Positions 12,427-22,991 of a stretch of 64,000 nucleotides of DNA are shown in pieces. Source of the stretch: Calcarisporiella thermophila CBS 279.70 (lineage: Eukaryota; Fungi; Calcarisporiellomycota); contig NW_027192210.1 in assembly GCF_041956535.1 (NCBI RefSeq), forward strand, positions 318,021 to 382,020, read 5' to 3'. The first letter of the stretch is position 1. Every line of letters begins with the position of its first letter. Made by a program: the position numbers and the translations under genes. The notes beneath the pieces are model-generated. The model did not search any database. It saw only the letters and a list, made by a program, of their open reading frames with translations, and had not been told where the DNA came from.

Positions 12427-13239
12427 ATGTCTAAGGTAAAGTAATGGATGCCATCCAGGACTGATGGATGGATGGATGAATGAACCTTTTGGAGCAAATA
12501 TACTCACCCGTTCATCTTGTCTTTTTCTATAGAGAGGTATGTTCATCATGTTGCATCTCGAGAGAAGAGGAATTGGGAGTGTGGTGCTCAACCACCCGAT
12601 CCAACACCCCACATCGCCCTTGTTTTTCATCTTTCCCCATCCCCCTTTACTAATTAATGCTCTTCTTTTCCGATTTCTTTTCCAGGACGCGGAGGAGCCT
12701 CTGGCAACAAGCTACGCATGACCCTTGGTCTGCCCGTCGGCGCCGTGGTTAACTGCGCAGACAACTCTGGCGCAAAGAACTTGTACATCATCGCCGTCAA
12801 GGGTATTAAGGGTCGTCTGAACCGACTGCCTGCTGCTGGCGTTGGCGACATGGTTATGGCCACCGTCAAGAAGGGTAAGCCTGAATTGAGGAAGAAGGTT
12901 ATGCCTGCCGTGATTATTCGTCAGCGCAAGGCCTGGCGCCGTCGTGATGGTGTCTTCATTTACTTTGAAGGTATGTCAAATTACACTTGCTCTCATCCTG
13001 AAAATGTTCATTTTTAACTTGGTAATCTTCGCTATAATAGATAATGCTGGTGTCATCATCAACCCCAAGGGTGAGATGAAGGGCTCCGCCATTACCGGCC
13101 CCGTGGGTAAAGAGTGCGCCGATCTCTGGCCCCGTATTGCCTCCAGCGCTGGTTCAGGTAAATATCTTATTTCGTCCCATTGGTCATACGTAGGATGGTA
13201 TCTAATAACGATATCTTTGTGAATGGTTTAGTCTTCTAA
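12427..13239 (+). CDS. RPL23: 60S ribosomal protein L23 (uL14), 140 aa; exons 12427-12435, 12533-12536, 12686-12970, 13041-13157, 13232-13239
   Basis: [37 protein letters not shown]...[25 protein letters not shown]. Confidence 0.97.
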
Positions 13240-13737
13240 GCGGACGAGTGCTTATTTTTTACTTTCAATAAAAACACGGCCATTTTCTTTATAAAATTCT
13301 TCCCTTTGGAAAAGGTGGATGATAATGTTGACATCTCAAAGCTAGACTGTGATTCAACCTTTAATTTTTATTGGATTGCATTGTCAAATTGGAGAGAGAG
13401 AAAGGGCGATGAAGGGAAAGAAGCACCCCTTTCCGCCAAATGATATCTAGGAGAATATAATAAGATGGACTCGTTATAAATACAATTCCTACTAGAAAAG
13501 ATGTAAAAGAAATATAAAATTTTGCATACTTGTATGGAAGTACATCGTAATAGAAAACGAAAGATGGAGGGAGAAAAAAAACAAAATGTTCATTGTTTTG
13601 TATAAAAAGTGGAAGAGGTTTTCTAATTTTTTTTTTCGTAATAAAACAGTTTTCAAGAAAGGATTATATAAAGTAGAAAATAAGATATAAAAAAAATATA
13701 AAAGGATATAGGTGGAAGAATATAGATTATAAAATGA

Positions 13738-16378
13738 TTAGTACCCATGCATGAACCACTCTCCGTTCCCATTTTGGCCGCCATAACCGCCCATCGCTAA
13801 TGCTGCCGCGGCAGCTCGTTGGTGTGCCGTGCTCAACCCCCCGGCCATTCCAAAGTCCCCTGGCAAACCCAATAATCCGGCAGCGCCCAGGGTCTGCATG
13901 GCGGCAACGACAGCTGCCTGCTGCGAGGCGTGGTGGGGGGGAGGCTGGTGGGGAATGCTTGGATGGATGTGTTGATGAGGAGCGGGCTGAGGTTGACCAA
14001 GGGGATGCTGGGCCGAGTATTGTGCGCGCTCCACGCGTTGTATCTTGGACTGAATGCGTTTGCCGTAGGGGGTGCTCCGGATAGCGGGCAGCAATGGTCG
14101 GATGGCCTCAATGAGTTTTGCACGGTTGATGGGATCCGCATGGTCAAGCGCTGTTTGCACAACGTAATTGCCGTAGGAATCCCTAAGTAAGCTCTCAAGC
14201 CGCTGTCGGTTCAACAGCTCCTCTAAGAGTGCATTTTTCGTGACCGCATCCGCAACCCGGATACACTTCTCAATGACATTGGAGCTGAATTTTTGCATCG
14301 ACAAGCGACAGACGTTCCCCCTGAAATTCGTATGAATAAGACGCTGCGAAATGAGATCATCATGGAGATCCAAGATGTATTGTACAACGTAGTTCCCAAA
14401 CGGATCCATCACCAGGGTCAGACCGTTGGCTATCACCTGTTCGGCGAGCTGATGAACTTGCGAGGTCGAGGCTCGGTCAATACAGCGCTGCATCACGCAG
14501 CAGCCATGGCGATGAGTGGCAACCTCGACGCATTGCTCGGAGACAGCATCATAGATGAACTGCTTATCTTGTGATGCAAGTCGATTGAGACACTTCTGGA
14601 TGACATGGTTCCCGTTCAAATCCTAGAAAAAAAAAGTTGGGATGGTAAAAACGGATCAGAAGGCAAGAGTGTTGCTAGGGGAGGTGGGAGAGGCCTACCT
14701 TGATAAGGGTTACCACGTTCCCACTCAAGGCTCCAATCACCGCACGTATTTGCTGCGGTGTGGAAAGATATTCGATCATACGCTGGACGGCGCGCGTTCC
14801 ATGCATGTTGAGCGAGATTCCGACCATCTCTGGAGCAACCGTTTGCACGAGACGCGTTCGCTGTTCGTCGTTGCAATATTCAAGTAGCTTTTGGCACAAG
14901 TAGTTTCCAAAGGGATCTAGTGAATATCCGCACAAGTATTAGTCAAGCTAGTACTTCATTCGGTTCAGGGAGAAAGGGAAGGGGGGGGGAGGATCCTCAC
15001 CTGTCATCAATTCGACAAAGTGGGGGTGAATTTCTTGAAAGATCATTTCCACAGTTTTTCTGTTCTGCTCCTCTAGTTTCTTCTGCAAGAACCGACATCC
15101 GTGCTGGTCCTTGCAAAATGAAAACAATCTTCCCTCCAAATCCTCGATCTTCACCCCAGCAAAACGGTTCGAGATTTCAATGTCGTTGTTTTTCTTTTTA
15201 CTCTTTCCATTGCCATTGGTACTACTGGATGGAGATCGACTGCTACCATTCGAGTGCATCCCATCACTTCCCTGGCGATTCAGCGGCAGCCCATATTGTT
15301 GATACAAAGCTTGGTTATAGGGGTTGAATGCTGCAAGTGCGGCAGCAACGGCTCCAGGATCAAGGAGCGGCTGAGCAGCAAGGTAGTCTAGCGGTGCTGG
15401 ATTCGTGGTCGCGAGATTAGTAGCTGAAGCATGGGCAGCCGCAAGCTCAACGGGAGAAGTGTGTTTAATGTGGGATGCACCGTTCACAGCAGAATAAAGC
15501 AAGCGATCATGCTCCAGTTCGCCAGAAGACTGAGGAGAAAAACCCCATTCCCGCAGATATTCGACTGCATGAAGGTTGGAGTTGTTCGGAGTGGCTTCGC
15601 CATTGAGAGTAGCAGAAGAGGCCGATAACTACATCCCATTGAGAGAACAAAGAAAGGAGTTGAGTAACCAGAAAAGCAGCTGTCCGCAAACATTTGCCGG
15701 CACTTACCACATTGGAACGGTTATCTCGCCCGCGAACCAATATGGGGAAACGGTCGTCGTCTTCATTTAAATACTTGCGAGCAAATAAAGAAGACACCTC
15801 TTTGTTTTCGTCGTCGTACAGGAAGCGGTCATTGAACTGAAGAGGAGGAAACGAGGGACTCTCAAGGCAAGTGTCGTCGAGTGAGAAGGCTTTTGTAGCA
15901 GAGGGTTTCGGAAGGTTTCTCCTTGGTAACGTGGAAACGCGTTAAAACCTCGAAAACATTAACCTATTCTCCATCCGAACACTTACTGCATTTCCGGATG
16001 GTCCTCATCATTCAACTGCAGACGCTCCATATCCAGCCATTCGTCCGCTTGCTTCGAATTTCTACGCGAACCCGGAAGGGAACGCGAGGCAAGTTGACGA
16101 CCTAACAAAGGGGGAGCCAATTCTGCATTTGATCCCGGACTGACGCCATCACAGCATGCATATTGATCTTCCCCCGCTGAGCGATAGTACCTGCGGTCAC
16201 CTCCTTCTTCGTAACTTGAATCAGGCGATGAAGGAGTAGAGCTCAATGGAGAAATGCGTGCTGGAGAGACTTGGTGCAATGTAGGAGCATCGGCAGCGGA
16301 AACAAGCTGATCCTTACTTGAAATGGTTGGAAGATAAGCGGCGGAGGTTGCAAGGCCATTGCAAGGATCAGAGAGCAT
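13738..16378 (-). CDS. Pumilio-family RNA-binding protein, Puf4/Puf5(Mpt5) clade
   Basis: Eight PUF repeats: KDQHGCRFLQ, DPFGNYLCQ, NMHGTRAVQ, NGNHVIQ, HRHGCCVMQ, DPFGNYVVQ, QKFSSNVIE, DSYGNYVVQ. T-R-Q in repeat 3 and C-C-Q in repeat 5 are typical of Puf4/5. Confidence 0.9.
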
Positions 16379-18183
16379 TTTTATTAGGAAGGAACAGGGG
16401 GAGAATTTAGTTAGAGATCTGAAGGAGGATATGCAAAAAGAGATTCTTTTGTGGAATGGAATCAATAAATGGCCTTTAATAATGTAGTAAAGAGGGAGAG
16501 TGTGAGAATTAGATGACCATCTAGTAAAGGTGATGAGTTAATTACCTGCAAAGAGTACACGAGACAAAAAAAAATAATTATGGTTAGCTAGTGGGAAGAT
16601 GATGGTCAATAAAAACACACGCAATATTGAGACAGCTGGTATGAATGAGAATGAGGAAATGTAAGTAGACTGTTTACAGAACAATAGAATAAAGCAGAAA
16701 ATGAAGGGAATGGGGATGCAGCAAAATAATCTCAAAAGATGGCCAAAGCAAAGGCAAGAGCATCTACAGACACCAGGAAGAAGGAGAGAAAGAGATGGAA
16801 AAAGCAAAAGTCTAGTTGAAATATAAAGGGAAAAGGGGGGAAGCATTTACCTCTATTATTTTCCGCGCTCTCTCTGTGAAACGAAAAATAAATGATAAAT
16901 AAAATGCAAGTAAAGAGACGGGGGAAAGAAAGAGTTGAAAGAGACACAGCTAAAGACCCTGCAAAGACGCAACTGAACAAATATATGCACGTGCGAGCAA
17001 GGAACAGGGAAGGAGAGAAAAGAAAACACAAGAGAGCAATGGAGGAATAAAGAGTTGCGAGATTTCGATTCGGTAACGAAAGCGTGAATACGCTTCCAAT
17101 TATGGGCAGCAATGAGATCGCGCCAAACTGCGGATAAGCATATTTGTCGGAAAACGTGTTTTTGAATGATTGTTGGGTGTGGAAGCTAGCTCGCCGCTTG
17201 CGACCCGTTTCCGGCTAGCATGAGCTCCCCCTGGGCCTTGCAAAGGCACTGCGAAGCTGCGCCCAATGAGCGCAGGTGCCTTAATTTCGTAAGCAAACCC
17301 TGCTGCGGCATATTGCAACTGATCGCGCTTCTGTTAGTTGCGTAAAACCTGTGATCCAGGAAGACCCCCAGTGGGCCGGCAAGAGGCCCAAACCGCGAGC
17401 CGCGCAAAGATCGAGAAGGGAGGCGGCGGAGGGCGTAGAATCGATAGGCAACTGTGGGCGCGGGAAACAAAGTTCAACCATTAAAGCAGATGCATCACAG
17501 CAGACAAGCTTCTTGAAAAATAAGTTTGGCAGGTTTTGATCCTGCAGCTATCCAAATGACGCGGCAGGGTCTCAGAGTCCCTCACCTGTTAGAGGGCGAG
17601 TCCTGGAGCCCTCTCAACCGGAGATGCGGCACAAATACTGATGATGCAGACTCTCAATAAATCATAAGCAAACAACAATAGCTACAGTAGATTTTTGCAC
17701 GACTTTTAAATTTAATTTCGAAAGAGTAAACAGCCGAGGTTGCAATACACTGGTATTGTTATCACAAGCTCGCAAACTCACTGACTCCAAGTCTGTTTCG
17801 ATAGAAAAATTCAATATAGTGGTCACTTTTTATCTAGAAAACAACATATAGATATAGCACCAAAAGCTTTCTTGTGCTGAAATAAGATAGGAATAGGGTA
17901 ATCATTAAGTGTTTTATTAAGAGATATGTATATCTAATGACGAAGAGATGATAAAAGAAAAATAAAAATAAAAATAAACGGAGATTGGTCTCTACTCACG
18001 GGAAATGCTTCATAGTAATTTCCTATAACAAGCATAGAAAATGCATTAATACGCCTGTTACAATATGACTTAACTGTATTCTATGTGAAAATGTCAGGTG
18101 CATACCTATAACCTCCAATAGCTAATAAAGTCTCTTGGAAGCCTCAAACAGCAACTGTTTTTCTATTGCAAGCAGAAACACGC

Positions 18184-18213
18184 TCTCCTCTTGCCGCAAG
18201 CGACAAGAGGAGA
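18184..18213. repeat. Perfect 10-bp inverted repeat (hairpin) upstream of the SCJ1-like gene
   Basis: TCTCCTCTTG-ccgcaagcga-CAAGAGGAGA. Confidence 0.8.
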
Positions 18214-18507
18214 ACGCCCTATATTCGAAACAACTCATGGGAAGAGCATCATTTCTCATAGGACTTGCTTCTAGCACACATGCACAGATATAAAGGGAAG
18301 AAAATGCTTACCTTATAAAAGAGCGACTGACCAACAAGTAAATAACAAAGATGTTAAAAGCCGTGTCAAGCAGTAAATATATATATAAACAAGCAAAGCC
18401 ACATTCAACATTGACCAATAGGCGAGAGACATGTTGATTCAAGTAAAGGGCACGTCTTCAGAACATTTTTATCGGTATTAAAGTATTCAATTCAAATAAT
18501 TGTGGGC

Positions 18508-20051
18508 ATGCGATTAAAGGCGATCTCCTTGTTCGTCTTGGTGCTCTCGGCGTGGGTTATATCCCTGGCGCTGGCTGGCCGCGACTATTATGATGTTCTA
18601 GGAGTTTCGCGGGATGCTAGCTTGCGGGAGATTAAAAAGGCATATAAAGTACTTTCAAAAAAATACCATCCAGACAAAAACCCAGGTGACAAGGAGGCAG
18701 AGGCCAAATTCGTCGAGCTAGCCCAGGGTGAGTAGTTTTTCCTGAAGAAGTATGCTGAGCTCGTGTTGAATTATTGAACCTGTTCTAGCCTACGAGGTCC
18801 TGAGTGACGATGAAAAAAAGCGCATATACGACCAATATGGAGAGGAAGGTTTGAAGCAGAGCGGACAGGGATCACAATTCCACGATCCTTTCGATATATT
18901 TAGACAATTCTTTGGTGGCGGTTCTATGAAATTCGGTAAGAATTCGTAGCTCATGGCCTCCCTTCGACTGTTTTACATCATCACCCTAACTTATGTCCGC
19001 TAAACTGCTTGTCTATTCAGAATTTCACACCGAACGAAAAGGACCCAGTCTACAGATACCCATTGACATAGAACTCCAGGACCTTTATCTTGGAAAGGAA
19101 GTTGAGGTGCGTGATAAGAATTAGGTTTGCTAGTAAGTTTGCTGTCCCCACTAATAGGACACATTGTAGTTCGATCTTTCTAGACAAGTCATTTGCGACC
19201 ACTGCCGTGGCTCGGGTGCCAAAAGCCCCAATGATATAGTCACTTGCACTTCCTGTCAAGGTCATGGTGTCAAGGTGGTTCGTCAAGCCCTTGGGCCTGG
19301 TATCTTTCAATCCTTCCAGTCCACATGCGACAAGTGTCACGGAACCGGAAAGATCATTCGCAAGGCGTGCGACGTCTGCAAGGGCCGCAAGGTCCGTCGT
19401 GGAAACGAGCAACTTACACTGGTGATTGAGCGTGGCATGGTGGAGGGAGACACCATCGTATTTGAACGAAAAGCAGACGAAACCCCCGATATCGTGCCTG
19501 GAGACTTGATATTTGTGCTAAGGGTGCTGCCCCATCCTATATTTACTCGGGATGGAAACGATCTTTACGCTACGCTGGACATCACCTTGACTGAATCTCT
19601 GGGCGGTTTCGAGAAAGAGATATCCCACCTAGATGGTCATAAAATCGTTTTGAAGCGTGATCAAATCACTCCTCATGGTAACTTCTTCTTTCTTTTATTT
19701 TCCTCCTCTCCATGGATTTGACCCGCTTTCCCGATACGAATTGAATGGTTGAATATTTTGGTAGGCTTTGTGCAGGAAATCGCTGGAGAAGGAATGCCCC
19801 ACCATAATTTCCCCTCGTTTAAGGGTAAATTATTTATCGAGTACTCCGTCATCTTCCCCATCTCAGTCACTTCGGACGTAGTAGATGGTAAGCATCACTC
19901 TAGGCTTAGTGCGATTAATTTGCGCGACTAATGCTTTCTTTCCGAATTAGCCCTTCAAAGTGGTGCCAAGTATGATCCCTCCATCGAAACCCCATCGTTT
20001 TCGAAGCCTTCGACCAAAAACAAGAAGAAACTTGAGCACTCAGAGCTCTGA
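18508..20051 (+). CDS. SCJ1: ER-lumenal type I DnaJ/Hsp40 (Scj1-like)
   Basis: Signal peptide, J domain with HPD, four CxxCxGxG-type repeats, C-terminal DnaJ domain, ends HSEL*. Confidence 0.88.
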
Positions 20052-20479
20052 CGATGCTTCCTCTTTTGCTATGTATTTGTAAATATTAGAGTTTTCATCC
20101 ATTAAACCTGGCTGGTTTCTATTTGACCCCAAGGCTCTACTTGACTAGACTTTAATTTTTATTCACTTTTGAATAAAGCAGCGGAGCAAGTGTGTGCGTG
20201 TGTGTTTTTATTGATATTGCAAATCTGTCCGTACATTTAGCATTCCTAGCAATGCTATATTTTTTCTCTACTAGTGTTTGCTTGAAATTTTTTTTTACAA
20301 CGTTTATTAAGATTGGAGGGGGAGAACGAATAAATGAATGGATGAATGAATAAGTGAATGAATGATTGTATTGGTCGTATACAACTGAAATAATGACTGA
20401 TGACATGATGTAGATCGATTTATATGCAATTATTACACTAAAAGCAATGACATTGTAGACTATCTCCTTGAATTACCGC

Positions 20480-21153
20480 TTAACTGGATGTCTTCTTCTT
20501 GGTCTTTTTGACCTTCTTCACTCGCTTCTTCTTGGTCACTGGGCCATCCGAGGAAGACGACGACGACGAAGAGGACGATGACTTAGACGACTCCTTTGGT
20601 TTCTCCGTCACCGTCTTCGTCTTCTTCTCCTTTGGCTTCTTCTCGCTCGACTTGGATTTCTTCTCGGTGGACTTTGGCTTCTTCTTATCGCCATTCTTTG
20701 ATTTCCCACCCTTCTTCTCCCCGCTGCTGGGCTTGGACTGCTGGTTGGAAGCGGGGGCGGGGGGCGCCGTGGCCGAACCTCCTCCAACGCGGCCCACTCT
20801 GCCGTTGAGTGGATTGAGGTTCACTGGGCTCAGAACATTACCGACCCTCTCGTTTCCGTTGGGCGAAGCTGTACACAAAGAGAGGGGAAGAGGAATTAGA
20901 GCAATGAACCATGGGAAAGAAACAGGAGGGGGGTATGCATACTGGCGTCGGCTCCAGCCCTTGCTAAACCTCGAGCCGTGTTGACGATCTGGCCAAGGGG
21001 ATCTCGGATGGTGTCCAGAATGGTGTCGCGCAGCCCAATGGGGTCGAGAACGTCGACCTGGCGCTTGTCGTGGTGGTGGGACGTGGGCTGGCTGGCGGCG
21101 AGCGTGGCACCCAAAAGGGTTGCGACCAGGGAAAGTTTAAGAGGGGACAACAT
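20480..21153 (-). CDS. Secreted prepro-protein (199 aa; exons 21153-20943, 20868-20480): signal, KR site, ~56-aa module, Lys/Ser-rich polycationic tail
   Basis: MLSPLKLSLVATLLGATLAA signal, then SHHHDKR|QVDVLDP. The intron has a GTATGC donor, CTAAT branch site and TACAG acceptor, and joins the two ORFs in frame. TATATAAA upstream. Confidence 0.85.
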
Positions 21154-21216
21154 TCACTTACTTTAGGATTTTGTGCCTGCGTCAATGTGCTTGTGAAAGG
21201 GGGGAAGAAGCTTCTC

Positions 21217-21224
21217 TTTATATA
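21217..21224 (-). promoter_or_regulatory. TATA box (TATATAAA) of the secreted prepro-protein gene
   Basis: Consensus about 65 bp upstream of ATG 21153. Confidence 0.55.
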
Positions 21225-22016
21225 AGATGCGGCCTGAGGGTAATTTTATCGCTTACGACTCTCACCCATCCCCCCATTTATTTCGAATCAATCCCTCCTC
21301 TTTTCAAGGATCCTAGTGTGTGCTAGTTTGTACTTTGGAGGTTTCGTTTTTTTGTGGGAGAGCATCAAGTGGTACGATGGTTTGATAGTAATGGGCCATT
21401 TATGCATTCGGGCGTTGGCACAAGCGGGCCTATGTTTTTAATTTTCTCGAGTTTTTTTCCTCTCCCCCACCTCTATCAAAATTCAGAATGACTTAGATTC
21501 CGGTTGAAGGGGTGCGAAGCTTGGCCCAGTTTCATCTGCTCGAGTACGACCTCGACAGCATTTTTTCTTTGCGGATCCAAATCGGTGGCAAATTCCTTCC
21601 CGGGCAAATGAAATCATCCGAATCTCAGGAGAATTAATACGAAAAACAACTCTGGATGGGTCTTGAAGATTGGTCTATTATTTTCCGGCCCATTTCTTCT
21701 GCTTTTAATAGTTCGATAATTCTACCAATTTGGAGGAGATAATTTCTAAGAGGGAGGGGGTTGTGCGATGGGAGCAAAGTGGCCTTTTATATATTATTCG
21801 GTCCGAAGAGGGGGGAGACCGCTTAAGCACATCTCGAACAAACATTAAGGATAAGTAGAGCGTATCACATGGCGAAGTAAGAAAGTGGAGAGGGAGGGGG
21901 ATTGAAATTAGAAATAACATTTCCATCTAGTCAATGCGTGATTACATCAGCAGTAACCTCTTTTGGAGTTTCACATTCACGGTAGGTTGCGGTTAAAGAA
22001 AGAGGATGCCTATCGA

Positions 22017-22991
22017 TTATTGATCCGAAGGATTTCGTTGCTCCGGGCCAAGGAAATAAGGTAAACAGACCTGGAGTTTCCCTTCTTTTTGGCAGGCACT
22101 GAGCCACTCTGGCTTAACGACCGGAATCGAGAGTCGGATCGCTTGATCATAGTTCGCGCCGCCCTGCGTGGTGGCAATCAAATGGGTGGTATCGCTTGTT
22201 GTTTCGTTATCCCATTTGGCACCAATCTGCTCCACCACTTTTTTCACGTCGCTAATCCGCTCCTCAACCGCCTCGCGGGCCCCATCAAATTCTCCAAATG
22301 CAATCCGGATTCCGGTCAGATTTTCCATGCTATGTGTCTTGACTTGCACAGAGTTGGATTCGTACCTTCCGGCAGAGGTGCGCAGCACGATCCTAAATCT
22401 ATACTCATGATCACACTCTAGCCCTGTGACTTTTGTTTGAACAGCAAAGGGGGTTTGCGGCACTGTGCTCGGCGGGAGCCTCTGACCGTCGCGATAGATT
22501 TCAAGTGCTTTGAACTCTGCCGAATGCAACACCAACGGGTCCCATTCGAGCGATACGCTTGTTTGCGTCACGGCACGAACGCGCAGAATAGGTGTCTCCG
22601 GGGAGTGAGAGCCATACTGAGTGAAAATGCGATCCTGGATGGAAAGAAACTCCTCCTCTTGCTGGCGTTCTGCATCGAGATTTCGTTGTACTGAAATATT
22701 AACAATGGAGCCGGAGGAAACTCCTTCTGGGAGAAGAAGGGATGGAAATTCAATGAGATGGTGATCATCGGTCAAAAGTAGTGCCTTAAAGAAGAGAAAT
22801 AAAATCATCAAAGTCCCATCATTGATAAAAGAAAAAAGAATTGCACTTTTGAAGATGGCCTCGCGGATGAGAATGCCACCTCATCGGTGAAATTCTTTTC
22901 ACATTAAACGTGTGTAGAGAACATTACTAACCATACCCGCGTCCAATTTACCGACAGTAAATTGGACGGATGAGGATGTACTTGATGTCAT
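22017..22991 (-). CDS. CHS5: Exomer subunit Chs5 (Chs5_N + FN3 + BRCT); exons 22991-22932, 22784-22017
   Basis: VQFTVGKLDAGM|ALLLTDDHHLIEFPSLLLP, FN3 (VTQTSVSLEWDPL...TKVTGLECDHEYRFRI) and BRCT (TTHLI...IPVVKPEWLSAC). Confidence 0.92.

Noticed and set aside
12436-12685. Possible intronic snoRNA in RPL23 introns (GGAT repeats, CTGA)
   Set aside because: No convincing C box/D box pair with terminal stem, and no H/ACA architecture.
20499-20984. 161-aa Phe/Asp-rich plus-strand ORF
   Set aside because: Antisense shadow of the Lys/Ser-rich exon.
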